Source of the DNA: a virus
DNA: 44,723 nucleotides
Virus record (IMG/VR): IMGVR_UViG_3300037465_000339
Reading direction: 5' to 3' (one strand)
Shown here: one piece after another, positions 17,748-28,409 of the stretch
How the letters are laid out: each line of letters opens with the position of its first letter
How positions within the stretch are numbered: the first letter of the stretch is position 1
Translations under genes and position numbers: made by a program
Notes under the pieces: generated by a model
What the model was told of the DNA's origin: nothing
The model's input: the letters and a program-made list of their open reading frames with translations, nothing else
Databases searched by the model: none

Positions 17748-19496
17748 ATGTTTAATAAAACTCCAACTCCAATCAATTATCAGTCTGTGCTTCCCGCAAT
17801 TCTTCCAGAACTCATAAAGCTTTTTGGAGGAAGTAAAGTTTCTACTACTGGTGGTGCAGAAACAACAACAGTAGCAGGAGATATTTCTGGTCTCCAACAA
17901 GTTCTCGTACAACAAATTGATCCAGCTGCTCTTCTTGCTACTGTTCAAAATCTTTTTGCACAAGGCGCCGCGAAAGTTCCTGCTTTGACGACGCAATTTG
18001 CTAATGCTACTGGAAGTAGAGTTAGCAATAATAGTATGCTTGGTCAAAGTCTTGCAATACTTAATCAAGATTTAGCTTCTAGTATAGCTAATGCCATTAC
18101 TACTAATCTTGCTAATGCATCCACTACAGCTGGACGAATTGCTGAAGGATCGAAAACAACTACAAAAACTGCAGAACCGAAAACAGTAACAACTCAAATT
18201 GGCTCTGCTAAGAATCTTGCTGGCGCAGGTCTTGCAACGACTCTTGGTGGAATGATTCTTAATCGTCTAGGTAAAAATCAAATTGTAGGCGCATCGCCTG
18301 AACAATTTCCTGCGCCTGTAGTTGATCGCTCCATTACTTTTCCTCCAGCTATTGAACAAAGTTATGTTCCTCCGCCAATTGTAGAAACACCACCACAAGT
18401 CTTTGATGTTAATAGTTTAGATTATACACCAATTATTGATGTTGGTTCTAATGTTGCTGTTGAGTCTTTACCATATTTTGCAGGAGAATTTGCTACACCT
18501 GTTGCTGATATAGCAGCAGAATCACTTCCTTATTTTGCAGGAGAAGCAGTTTCTGATGTTGGTTCTTTTATTGCAGAAGAACTTCCTTATTTCTTTGGTT
18601 TTGCAGATGGTGGAAAAATTGGAACACCAAATAGTGGACGTTATATGGATAATGTTCCGCGAAATTATCCGAATTTTGGTCGTGCAAGACAATTTATTGT
18701 AAATCCAGTTTATATTCCACCACTGCCAAATACACCAAAACAAGAAGGAACAGGTAGTCAACGACTTGAAACTGTGCCATTACAGGAAAGAAAGCCAAAC
18801 GAAGAAAAAAAGATTGTAGCAGATGCTTCTGAATTTTTATCTCCAGCTACAAGTGTTGTTTCTGGTCTTGAGGCTGGTGGTTTAGCTCAACCCGGTGGAG
18901 TAGCAGGCACCGGACTTACTTTAGGACAAGCTCTGAGTATTGCTTCTTTAGTTACCGGAACAGCTCTTACTGGTGCTATTCCTCCTACAGTTCTTGCAAA
19001 TTTTGTAACAGCAATGATTACTGGAAAAACTCTTGCACAACTTATTCTTGGGGATCAACCTATTGAAACTCAAGAACCAGCACCAGTAGAAGAAGCTGTT
19101 ATGACCAGTATTAATCCTGAAGCTGTAGTTACTAGCACCTCAATGCCTCCCGCAATTTCAGTTAATCCTGAAACAGGAGAACCTGTAACTTCAATGCCTC
19201 CTGCTGATCTTTTAGGAATTACAGAAACAGGAGAAACTCCAAGTGGAGAAACTCCTAGTGGAGAAACTCCAAGTGGTGAAGCAGGAACTTCTTCTTCTTC
19301 TAATGTTGGAGATGCAGCAGATGGTGGAATAATTAAAAGAAGAACAAAACTTGCTGGTATTGATACAGAAACGATTAAAGCTACTCCCGGTGAGTATATG
19401 CTTCCTGTAGATGTTGTTGACTACATTGGAAAGGATACTCTTGATGATCTTGTCGCCCTTGTGCATACGCCTCTGCGGAGTGGCACTCATGGCTAA
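17748..19496 (+). CDS. Internal virion / ejection protein (putative)
   Basis: 582 aa of low-complexity Ala/Thr/Pro/Gly. Internal repeats ESLPYFAGE (x2) and EELPYFFGF are present, plus a GETPS x3 tandem repeat. It precedes the SLT protein. Confidence 0.45.
   Translation: MFNKTPTPINYQSVLPAILPELIKLFGGSKVSTTGGAETTTVAGDISGLQQVLVQQIDPAALLATVQNLFAQGAAKVPALTTQFANATGSRVSNNSMLGQSLAILNQDLASSIANAITTNLANASTTAGRIAEGSKTTTKTAEPKTVTTQIGSAKNLAGAGLATTLGGMILNRLGKNQIVGASPEQFPAPVVDRSITFPPAIEQSYVPPPIVETPPQVFDVNSLDYTPIIDVGSNVAVESLPYFAGEFATPVADIAAESLPYFAGEAVSDVGSFIAEELPYFFGFADGGKIGTPNSGRYMDNVPRNYPNFGRARQFIVNPVYIPPLPNTPKQEGTGSQRLETVPLQERKPNEEKKIVADASEFLSPATSVVSGLEAGGLAQPGGVAGTGLTLGQALSIASLVTGTALTGAIPPTVLANFVTAMITGKTLAQLILGDQPIETQEPAPVEEAVMTSINPEAVVTSTSMPPAISVNPETGEPVTSMPPADLLGITETGETPSGETPSGETPSGEAGTSSSSNVGDAADGGIIKRRTKLAGIDTETIKATPGEYMLPVDVVDYIGKDTLDDLVALVHTPLRSGTHG
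19230..19274 (+). repeat. 15-bp tandem repeat x3 (codes GETPS GETPS GETPS)
   Basis: GGAGAAACTCCAAGT / GGAGAAACTCCTAGT / GGAGAAACTCCAAGT. Confidence 0.9.
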
Positions 19497-21600
19497 TATT
19501 AATACTCAAGTTGTTTTACAGTATCTTGAAGAAAATGCAGCAAAGTTTGATGTTGATCCGGCGCTGGCTAAACAAATCTTTCTCAGCGAAAACATGGGGC
19601 GCAACAATGATGGATCTTTTACTATTCCAGCCATCATTGATACTGAGACAGTAAGTAAGAAAGGTGCGCGAGGATTAATGCAAGTAATGCCAAATACTCA
19701 CGCCGGACTTATTAAAGAACGCTATCTTCCTGAAGGTCATACACTTGATAATTGGACAGCGCAACTTGATGCTGGACTTGCAGCACTAAAAGCAAAACAA
19801 AAAGAACACGGAACTAAAGATCCTCGTATTATTGCTGCGGCTTATAATGCTGGAAATCGTGGTGCCGAAGCAGCTAAAGCAGGAAATTATGAACAGCTTC
19901 CCGCAGAAACTCAACAGTATTTATTGAAGATGGATTTTGCTAGAAAATTTCTCCAGCCACAAGCTTCTCAGCGCGATGTTCGGAGAGCAGAAACAGGAAT
20001 TTCTGCGCCTTCTACTCCACTTAGTAGTAATGAAACTACTCAGCGTGGACTTGAAGCATTTGCTTCTACCATGACTGAATATCAAACAACTCTTGATACA
20101 TTAATTGCTGATACAGTTAGTTCTACAAATAAAGCTATTGATGCAAAATTAGATGTAGCGACAGCAATTATAGAAGCTGGAAATAGAGCTGGTGCTATGG
20201 CTGCTACTACTGGAACTATTGAAGCAGCTACAGAGCATATGAAAGAAAGAACTGCTGCAATGCTGAGATTAGATACTCGGAATGCAAATAATCTTATAGC
20301 AGAACAACTTAATCGGCAAGCATTTATTAAAGGACGAATGGAACCCTTGCGTCGAGAGATTGATGCAAGAATGTCTGTAGGATTTTTTGATAATCCTCTT
20401 CAGTGGCTTATCAATGAAACTATTCTTCCTGGGCAAGTAAGTGCTTATAATGCTATGGTTCGTGAATATCATGATTCCGTAGAAGAAATTAGCACTGCAC
20501 AAAATGTAGCTGAACGACAAAATCGAATTGATGTAGCTGGAATTGCAGATGAATATACTAAGCGTGGTGTTGAGTTGGCGAACTTGAAGATTGCTGAAGC
20601 CAATGCTAAAGCTGCTGAAGTAAAAGCGGATGCAGCAGCTCTCGCGGCGCAGAAGTCTCTTCAAGTAGCTAGACTTACTGGAGAGCAAATTGCGACACAT
20701 GGCAGACAAGTTGCTACTTTACTTGAACTTGAGGGAAGAGCAGAGAAGCAACAGCTTAAGAGAGAAGAAATTGAAAGACTTAATGATTTGAGAGTAAAAC
20801 TTAATAGAGTTGCTACAGCAATTGGCGCTCCTGGAATTACAGTAGAAAGATTAAAAGCACTTCCAAAAGAACAACAAGCAATGTGGGATGCAGCAATTAA
20901 TACAAATAGTTTTGGAGATTCTTTTGCAGAAGTTACTCTTTTCCTTGCGTCTCAAGGAAATGTTAATAGAATGCCACAGGAATTTGGACAGATGCAAAAA
21001 GCATTCCAAGAAAAAATAGATAAAAATATGAAGGAAGAATATACTACTTGGCCTGTTAAACATCCTGGAGTTAAGATTCCTTCACAAGCAGAGTTGTTTA
21101 GAATGGTAGCTAAAGATCTTGGCACACAATTTGAACGAGAAAATGCTACTAATCTTGCTACTGCTGATAATGCTAATCCATATAAAGCTAGTCATTTTCT
21201 TACAGTTCAACAATGGACAGGAAATAAAGAAAATATTGTATTCAAAAAAGTTCAAGAAGCACTTAAAAAGAATGTAAATATTAATGATTCTATTATTCTT
21301 AAGATGATTACAGACGAAGTTACAGCTTTAACTCTTAAACCTGCTGATGCAGCTGCTGCACTTGAAGAATATTATACACAAGTTATTGCTAGAAATAATA
21401 GAGCTAGAGATATTACAGGGATGGGACTCAAAAAACAAGAATCTTATAATGTTATTCGTCCCGGTGCCGGGATCTTTGTGCAAGATAAATCAATCAATCT
21501 TATTAATAGAACAGAAGTTGAAAGACTTCTTACACAAAATGCTATTCATGGCGCTGTAATGAAAGGTATGCCTGAAGCTGCTGGAATGAGGAACTTTTGA
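19489..21600 (+). CDS. Internal virion protein with N-terminal lytic transglycosylase (SLT) domain
   Basis: ATG 19489 overlaps the upstream stop (ATGGCTAA). SLT motifs are present: FLSENMG (catalytic Glu), GARGLMQVMPNTH and AAYNAGNRG. A long coiled-coil region follows. Confidence 0.8.
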   Translation: MANINTQVVLQYLEENAAKFDVDPALAKQIFLSENMGRNNDGSFTIPAIIDTETVSKKGARGLMQVMPNTHAGLIKERYLPEGHTLDNWTAQLDAGLAALKAKQKEHGTKDPRIIAAAYNAGNRGAEAAKAGNYEQLPAETQQYLLKMDFARKFLQPQASQRDVRRAETGISAPSTPLSSNETTQRGLEAFASTMTEYQTTLDTLIADTVSSTNKAIDAKLDVATAIIEAGNRAGAMAATTGTIEAATEHMKERTAAMLRLDTRNANNLIAEQLNRQAFIKGRMEPLRREIDARMSVGFFDNPLQWLINETILPGQVSAYNAMVREYHDSVEEISTAQNVAERQNRIDVAGIADEYTKRGVELANLKIAEANAKAAEVKADAAALAAQKSLQVARLTGEQIATHGRQVATLLELEGRAEKQQLKREEIERLNDLRVKLNRVATAIGAPGITVERLKALPKEQQAMWDAAINTNSFGDSFAEVTLFLASQGNVNRMPQEFGQMQKAFQEKIDKNMKEEYTTWPVKHPGVKIPSQAELFRMVAKDLGTQFERENATNLATADNANPYKASHFLTVQQWTGNKENIVFKKVQEALKKNVNINDSIILKMITDEVTALTLKPADAAAALEEYYTQVIARNNRARDITGMGLKKQESYNVIRPGAGIFVQDKSINLINRTEVERLLTQNAIHGAVMKGMPEAAGMRNF

Positions 21601-24600
21601 ATGACCACGGAATATAATCCTTTTATTTCTGCGGCAGATATAGCCAATATGCAGGCTGGATCTTCCAGCTCCATTCTTGATAATATTACTAATTATACCG
21701 GCGCAGCTCTTGTATCAGGATTTGCAAGCATTTATAATACTGCTGCTTACATGGTTGGCGCCGATAAGTTTGATACTCTCAAGTGGATAGAAGAAAATGA
21801 TGCCAGCATGGGAGAGTATTACAGAAAAAATAAGGACGCAGTGGATCTTGGTGGATTCATTGCAGGAAGTATTGTTCCTGGTGGATTAGCATTGAAAGGA
21901 TTACAACTTGCAAAAGCAGGAACTCTTGCAGGGCCGTGGGGACGCGCACTAGGAGTATTTTCAAGTCGCAGAGATGCATCCTTAAAACTTGCAATTGAAG
22001 AACTTTCTCAAAGTGGTGGCACAATTTTTAATCAAATTAGTAGAAATAAATTTGCTGCTATGGGATGGGGAATAGCAGATAATGTGCTTCAAATGGCTGC
22101 GTTTGAAACTGCAGTAGCAGCTACTATGCACCAAAGTCCACTGATGGAGAAAGATGATCTCTCTACTATTGTTGCAAATATCTTCAAAACTTCTTTTGCT
22201 TTTGGACTTCTTGGTGGTGGAATTGAAGCTTTAGCTATTAATGCAGCATATAAAGGTGCAAGTAAAACTATTGAACCTGCGGCGCGAATCTTTGATCGGT
22301 TAACGATTCTTCCAGAAACACAAGTTCTTCCATTAGGAACACGCACTTATCATCTTCTTGAATCTATGCTTGATATTCCAAAAGAAGGAAAAAATTTGGA
22401 ATATTGGCATAAATTTCTTCCTACTAAAGATGCAATGACTCTTCCTACCAAAGAAGCATTTGAGAAGAGTAGGATTGCTGCAGTAGAGCGGGGATGGAAT
22501 CAAGTTAGAGAATTTTCTGTAAAACTGGCTGGCAATGATGCAGTTATTGGAATGCAGTTGTCTCGTTTTCTCGAATCTAATATTGATTCAATGCAGCGAG
22601 CAGGAAAAGATATAGAAGAAATTAAAGAATTTCTTCAAGATCATCTAATGGGAGTAAATAGAATTAAAAATATTACACCACAAGCAAGTAAAGGAATTAG
22701 TAATATTTTTTATGTGGCAGAAAAGATTCCAGAAGAAGCACTCATAACTATAAAGACAGGTGATGATCTATTAGAATATCTTGTTTCGCGCAGTCCTTCA
22801 AAGAACATGGCATCTGAAACTCCATATGAAATTATTGGAGATAAAGCTGCAATTCGGATTGCATTGATTGGAAAAGAAGCACCAATTGAAGGTCAATTTG
22901 CACGTTTTGTTACACCAACGGATGCTTGGAAAGAGGGTTTCGATGCTGTAATTAGAGCTAACGGAACCATCGCTATAAATCCAAGAAGTGAAAGAATTGT
23001 CCATCGTGCTGATCCAATTATTCGTCCAACGCAGTATTTTAATTTTCCTACGGGTAGTTATTCTTTTGTTGCTTATCCTACTATTGCTGATCTTGCTACT
23101 TCTTCTCGCCCCCTTAATTTGGTTGGTGCGAAAGATACGATAGTAGCTGGAGAATACATGCGGAGCATGAAACAATTTGATCCATTTATTCTTTCTGAAA
23201 TGGATACTATTGATGCTTCTGCTCGCTATGCTTGGGTAGCAATGAAAGATATACGTGGAGAACGATTCATTGTAAAAGTTCCTGAAAAAATTTCTGCCAC
23301 CGATCTTCCAATGCTTGATCGTATTGGACAAGAAGGTGCAGCAAATTTCAAAGATGTAAAAATTGAATTTGCTGATGGCAGTATAAGAAAAATTGGTGAT
23401 CTCGCAAATTATGGAGATTGGCTTCAAGCTCATAAAATTGAAATCTTGAAAAATCATCTAGCAAATAATGGGCCAGAAGATCTTCTTTCTCTTTCAGCAA
23501 AACTTAATTCTGAAGTTTCATGGATTCAAAAAACAATAGAAAATAATTTCCTTCCAACTGGAATTTCTGGTTGGACTAGACCACTTGATAGAAATCTTTA
23601 TCCTGAAAATATTCAAGTTTCTTGGGATTTCAGTGGAAATATTGCTGTAGCAAAAAAGCTTGGAGTAGAAACTCCAAAAAATGCTAATAAACTTATGATT
23701 CAGGCATTGCCGGATGGCGCCGGGAATCAAATCTACGGCATATTAAATACTCAATATGCTTTGAAGATCGCTAAAGAAGAAGGAGATAATGCGGTTGCTA
23801 CTGTTTTTGGTGCAGAAAAGTTTGCACAAATGCCAAAAATGGATGGTGATTGGGCAAAACTAGCAGATGTTCGCGGCGCTGGCCCTTCTCTTATTGGCTT
23901 TACTAATGCTGATTATGGAGATTATTTGCGTGTAGGGATGCAGTTCCAAGGACAACTTTCGAATCTTTGGATCAAAGAATTTTCAAATAATGCTCTTGCT
24001 CCTTTTCAACCATTTCTTGTAAAGATTCGAGATGATAAAGTTGCTTCGGCTGAGTGGGCATTGCTTACTAATTTTCTTCGTAGAAGTGCTGATAATTGGA
24101 TGATTCACCCTGAAGATAGTTCGAAAATTGTTAATATTCGTGCCATTTACAGGGATCCAGAAACAAATCTTAAAATGGTAAGTGCAACAAAAGTTAAGGA
24201 AATTGAAGAAGCAGGAGAAAAAGCAATTATTAAAATTGAAAATGAAGATGTAGCTACGGTAATGAATCTTTTTAGAGATTGGAATGTTTCACGCCTTGAT
24301 CGTAAAGGCGTGCTACTTTCTGCTCGTGGATGGGAAAGTAATTGGGATAAAGATGTTCTTCGTGTTCCCCCTGTAGATACAGGTCGTTATCCTTTTTTTG
24401 CTTTTGTTAGAAAGAGAGAAGGAACTCTTGGAGCGAGCAGTGAAGTTTCAATGATTACTGCAAGAACAGAAGAACAACTTCGTGCACTTGCTAAAGAAGT
24501 TCCGGAAAATTATCAAGTTATTTTTAAGAGTGAAACTAAAGATTGGTTCAAAGCTAAAGATGCATATGATTATGAACTTACTATCAAAGAACCTGTTGTA

Positions 24601-26724
24601 AATCAAGAGCTTCAACGGGTTGGAAGATTAGCAAATTTCTATCCTGAAACTCGCTTTGAAAATGTAGTTGAAGATTTTGTTCGCTATATCCAACATCAAG
24701 AAGCGAAGATTGTTCGACTTGGAGTTGAAATTAAAAATGATCAACTCTTTGCAGAGCTTAGAAGTCTTGGTAAACAGTTTGAACAAGTTGCTACTTCTAA
24801 AGCAGTAGGTGATATTAAAAAATTCAAGAGTCAAGTTGAGAATCCATTTAATGAATATATTAAAATGGCTCTTGATATTTCTAAAAGAAGTGAATATACA
24901 CTTCTTCATGAACTTAATGAATTTACTGAAGGACTTGGAAAAACAGCTTATAGAATGTTTGGAGAAGGAAAAGAAAAAGCTTTAAGTAAGATGATTAGTT
25001 GGGAAGAAGCAAATGAAATGGCTAGTAAGTTTGGTATTCGCGGGCCATACAGTAATGCCGATGCTTATTGGACAGCTAATACTGCGGCAGAGAAAAGTCT
25101 TACTAAAGAATTTGTTTCAAAAGCAAATATGTTCATGGTAAACTTTACGCTGCGTCTTGATTGGGCGCAGTCGCTCATGAACATTATTTCTACTCCAATT
25201 CTTCTTTCTACAGAAATGGCAAGTATTAGGAAATTGGTAGCTGATGATCCTGCACTTGCTGGAAAGATTGCAGAATTACGTTCTATTAAAGTTCCAGGAG
25301 AAGATTTTTCTGTTCCTTCAACAATGAAGCTTATTTCTACAGCTATCAAAAATTTTTGGAGCGTAGATAAAGCACAGCTTCTTAAACGTTATCATGATCT
25401 TGGTGCAATCAAAGATGTAATGAGCAAGTATCATGAAATGATTGATGATTTTAGTTATAAACCATGGCAGAAAATTTCTGAACTTCGTGCTTCTGCTGAT
25501 GCAGCAATTGAAAAAGGTGCTAAATGGACAGGTAATTTGTGGGCAGAAGAATTTACTCGCTTTGTTAGTGCTGATGTAATGCGCCAAGTAACAGAACCTA
25601 TCGTGGCCGCAGGAAAGATGACACTTGCGGAACAGAACAGCTACATCAGTATTTTCGTAAATAGAGTGCAAGGAAACTATCTCGCTTCTCAGCGCCCTGT
25701 CGCATTTCAAGGAGTTGTTGGAGCAGCTATTTCTCTTTTCCAAACTTATCAATTTAATCTTCTTCAACAACTTTTCCGCCATGTCGGAGATGGAAATAAA
25801 AAAGCATATTTTACACTTCTTGGAATGCAAGGTGGATTATATGGAATGAATGGTATTCCATTGTTTGAAGCAATGAATAATTATCTTATTGGTCAAAGTA
25901 GTATGAATCCGCAGCATAAAGATGCGTATAGTTATGCTGCTAATATATCTACTGCACTTTTTGGAAATAAAGATATTGGTGAGTGGATGATGTATGGCAC
26001 TGCTTCAGCGTTTCCTTTCTGGAGTTCTAGTGCACCAGCTCTTTATACTCGGGGTGATATTAATCCTCGACACATTTCTATTGTTCCTATTAATCCTATG
26101 CAGTTTGTAGCAGTAGATGGAAGTATTAGATTTGTAAAAAATCTTGTTAATATTGGAACGAAAATTCCAGGGGGTGCAGCGATTGGTGCAACTCTTTTAG
26201 AAGGACTCGAACACAATGGAATTAATAGACCGTTGGCAGGAATTGCTCAGGCATTTAATGGAAGAGTTACTACATCGAAAGGCAGTCTTATTTCTAGTGC
26301 TAATGATTTTAATGCTATTGCTACCATGAGTCGTATCATTGGTTCTAAACCAATGGATGAAAGTTTAGCTTTGAATACTTTTTTCCGTATTCAAGGTTAT
26401 CAAGCAGCAGATCAAGCAAGATTAGAAGAGCTTGGAGAAAAGATAAAAAGTAAACTTCATAATAATAAAGTGCCAACAACTGAAGAGCTTATGAAGTTTC
26501 AAGAAGAATATGCTAAAGCTGGTGGAAGAATTGAAAACTATTTTGCTGCATTACAACGATGGATGAAAGATGCTAACGTATCAATTGTAAATCAACTGAT
26601 ACGTCAGCATCAAAGTAGTTACAGTAAGAGATTGATGGAAATTATGGGAGGAACTACACTTCCAGATTATCGTAGTAATTTTGCTATTTCGATTCCTCCT
26701 GAAGAGCAGGAAACAGCAAAGTAA
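21601..26724 (+). CDS. Giant internal virion / DNA-ejection protein (putative)
   Basis: 1707-aa uninterrupted ORF starting TGAATG after the SLT protein. It is the last gene of the late arm. No enzymatic motif was recognised. Confidence 0.5.
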   Translation: MTTEYNPFISAADIANMQAGSSSSILDNITNYTGAALVSGFASIYNTAAYMVGADKFDTLKWIEENDASMGEYYRKNKDAVDLGGFIAGSIVPGGLALKGLQLAKAGTLAGPWGRALGVFSSRRDASLKLAIEELSQSGGTIFNQISRNKFAAMGWGIADNVLQMAAFETAVAATMHQSPLMEKDDLSTIVANIFKTSFAFGLLGGGIEALAINAAYKGASKTIEPAARIFDRLTILPETQVLPLGTRTYHLLESMLDIPKEGKNLEYWHKFLPTKDAMTLPTKEAFEKSRIAAVERGWNQVREFSVKLAGNDAVIGMQLSRFLESNIDSMQRAGKDIEEIKEFLQDHLMGVNRIKNITPQASKGISNIFYVAEKIPEEALITIKTGDDLLEYLVSRSPSKNMASETPYEIIGDKAAIRIALIGKEAPIEGQFARFVTPTDAWKEGFDAVIRANGTIAINPRSERIVHRADPIIRPTQYFNFPTGSYSFVAYPTIADLATSSRPLNLVGAKDTIVAGEYMRSMKQFDPFILSEMDTIDASARYAWVAMKDIRGERFIVKVPEKISATDLPMLDRIGQEGAANFKDVKIEFADGSIRKIGDLANYGDWLQAHKIEILKNHLANNGPEDLLSLSAKLNSEVSWIQKTIENNFLPTGISGWTRPLDRNLYPENIQVSWDFSGNIAVAKKLGVETPKNANKLMIQALPDGAGNQIYGILNTQYALKIAKEEGDNAVATVFGAEKFAQMPKMDGDWAKLADVRGAGPSLIGFTNADYGDYLRVGMQFQGQLSNLWIKEFSNNALAPFQPFLVKIRDDKVASAEWALLTNFLRRSADNWMIHPEDSSKIVNIRAIYRDPETNLKMVSATKVKEIEEAGEKAIIKIENEDVATVMNLFRDWNVSRLDRKGVLLSARGWESNWDKDVLRVPPVDTGRYPFFAFVRKREGTLGASSEVSMITARTEEQLRALAKEVPENYQVIFKSETKDWFKAKDAYDYELTIKEPVVNQELQRVGRLANFYPETRFENVVEDFVRYIQHQEAKIVRLGVEIKNDQLFAELRSLGKQFEQVATSKAVGDIKKFKSQVENPFNEYIKMALDISKRSEYTLLHELNEFTEGLGKTAYRMFGEGKEKALSKMISWEEANEMASKFGIRGPYSNADAYWTANTAAEKSLTKEFVSKANMFMVNFTLRLDWAQSLMNIISTPILLSTEMASIRKLVADDPALAGKIAELRSIKVPGEDFSVPSTMKLISTAIKNFWSVDKAQLLKRYHDLGAIKDVMSKYHEMIDDFSYKPWQKISELRASADAAIEKGAKWTGNLWAEEFTRFVSADVMRQVTEPIVAAGKMTLAEQNSYISIFVNRVQGNYLASQRPVAFQGVVGAAISLFQTYQFNLLQQLFRHVGDGNKKAYFTLLGMQGGLYGMNGIPLFEAMNNYLIGQSSMNPQHKDAYSYAANISTALFGNKDIGEWMMYGTASAFPFWSSSAPALYTRGDINPRHISIVPINPMQFVAVDGSIRFVKNLVNIGTKIPGGAAIGATLLEGLEHNGINRPLAGIAQAFNGRVTTSKGSLISSANDFNAIATMSRIIGSKPMDESLALNTFFRIQGYQAADQARLEELGEKIKSKLHNNKVPTTEELMKFQEEYAKAGGRIENYFAALQRWMKDANVSIVNQLIRQHQSSYSKRLMEIMGGTTLPDYRSNFAISIPPEEQETAK

Positions 26725-27154
26725 GATCAGCAGGTTTCCAATCTTCTGGCGCTACAATTATTCCATCTTTATTTTTGATTACTGCATCTTTTATTTTTTG
26801 CATATTTGCTTCATGAATTAACATGAAAGCACTATCGAAAGGAAGATGTAATTCTGCCGACACACTAAGAATAGCATAAACGCTATTTACACACTCTTCG
26901 AGAATTTTAATAATTAATTTTTTGTCTTTAGATTCTTTATATTTTTCTAGTAAAAAAAGAAGTTTATTTATTGGATATTCAATAGAATTTATTTTAACAT
27001 CAATTTCATGTTTATTTAATGTTTCCGTTAATGAAAGTCCTGCTAGTAGATGAAACATCACTACACAATCATATTGTGTATGAAAACGAATCTCACCAGA
27101 TGGTCTATAATTAAGAAGTTTAACCCAATTCGGATTTTTCGACGCCACATTCAT
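26684..27154 (-). CDS. MazG-like all-alpha NTP pyrophosphohydrolase (putative)
   Basis: 156 aa. The C-terminal pattern IHEANMQKIK...KNKDGIIVAPEDWKPADL resembles the h.SNMSK...dGK..Kp..w.pPd tail of the MazG/HisE-like phage family. Upstream acidic helices LLEKYKE and ILEEC are present. Confidence 0.45.
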   Translation of the reverse strand: MNVASKNPNWVKLLNYRPSGEIRFHTQYDCVVMFHLLAGLSLTETLNKHEIDVKINSIEYPINKLLFLLEKYKESKDKKLIIKILEECVNSVYAILSVSAELHLPFDSAFMLIHEANMQKIKDAVIKNKDGIIVAPEDWKPADLTLLFPALQEESK

Positions 27155-28287
27155 TGTTTATATTCCTCAAGAAGATTAAAATCAAGATAGAGAAGTTTTC
27201 TATCTAATGGTTTTTGCTTCGGAAGAAACCCTTCATTTCGCACTATTTGAATTTTATCTGCATTTTGAAGATTCTGTAAAAGAATCGAAAGATCTCCAAG
27301 TTTATCTAAATCATTTGATACCACTTTCCATAAATCGTTAAGTGTCATTGGCTTTTTAGTTTCATAAAGTGCAGCCATAAGTTTATTTGCTGCTTCTGCA
27401 TTTCTACTCTTTCCAAATTCTCCCAATGCTTTTGGCATTTGATTTTCGGTGAAGCTGAGAAGTGTATTCGCAAGCAATACATCAGTTAATTCTACAACGC
27501 GAGAGATTCTTGCTGCGGCGCAGATGATCACAAGTTTAAGAAGATGAGTAAATCTTCTTGTGCTGTAATGTTTGAATCTTTGATCATCAAGTTCTTTCCA
27601 ACTTCTGTAAATCATATCAAGAGCATGACGTGCATCATTTTTTATTACCACTGTTCCTTTAACTTCCTCCTTGATTCGTCGAAATGTTCTAAGGATTTCT
27701 TCGTGAATTTTTTGATCTGGCGGTGGGGGAAATGTAATCTTCTTTCCCGTTGGTTCTGCATAAACGAGGATGATGCGAGATAAAATACCTTGACCAAGTG
27801 CCTGCGGCGGGAACATGAATTGGAAACCTTCATGTGTATTTCCCGCCAATATAGAAATGGTGGGCTGGAAGATATGAACGCTTTTACTATTTTTAAGCCG
27901 GTATCTGTAAAAATGATTTTCATCATCCCAATCCCACAAATCTCCTAAATCGGAGAGAAATTCTAAATCTCCTGCTGGTAAAAAGTTATTAAATTCAGGA
28001 GCAATAATAAATACTTCTTTTGGTTCCTGACCAATTGTATCATTTTCTGTTTCTGTTCCAAAAAGATTTTCAAATACAATATTGTGATCTCTTCTATCTT
28101 TACTTTCTTCTGGTATTCCTTCAAGATCAAGAAGAAACTTTTCTTTTCTTGTCTTGCTTGCGCTAAAAGATACGAAGCCAAGTGAAGTCAAAAGTTTCTT
28201 CACAAGAAGAGCTGCGGTAGATTTTCTTGTTCCGGGGTTTCCCATTAGCATAATGTAATGATTTGGAAACACCCGGAATCTTCCCAT
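27151..28287 (-). CDS. P-loop ATPase, DUF3987 / VirE-like putative replicative helicase
   Basis: Walker A GNPGTRKST and Walker B-like VFIIAPEF. Coordinates use the first ATG. The frame stays open 44 more codons upstream, to 28419 (see findings). Confidence 0.6.
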   Translation of the reverse strand: MGRFRVFPNHYIMLMGNPGTRKSTAALLVKKLLTSLGFVSFSASKTRKEKFLLDLEGIPEESKDRRDHNIVFENLFGTETENDTIGQEPKEVFIIAPEFNNFLPAGDLEFLSDLGDLWDWDDENHFYRYRLKNSKSVHIFQPTISILAGNTHEGFQFMFPPQALGQGILSRIILVYAEPTGKKITFPPPPDQKIHEEILRTFRRIKEEVKGTVVIKNDARHALDMIYRSWKELDDQRFKHYSTRRFTHLLKLVIICAAARISRVVELTDVLLANTLLSFTENQMPKALGEFGKSRNAEAANKLMAALYETKKPMTLNDLWKVVSNDLDKLGDLSILLQNLQNADKIQIVRNEGFLPKQKPLDRKLLYLDFNLLEEYKQ

Positions 28288-28409
28288 ATCAAGATAAAGA
28301 CGACGACCAAGATAAGCACCAATAGCAGTTACTAGTGCCCATCTGTGATAAATTAACGGTGGTTCCGTATCTTTAACATAGGAAAAATAGAGTCTAAAAA
28401 GATCAGTGC

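Noticed and set aside
21601-26724. The 1707-aa protein, considered as a virion-packaged RNA polymerase (N4- or crAss-like)
   Set aside because: I could not find catalytic Asp motifs or any polymerase-like signature. Its position after the SLT protein fits an ejection or core protein better. The question stays open pending structure prediction.
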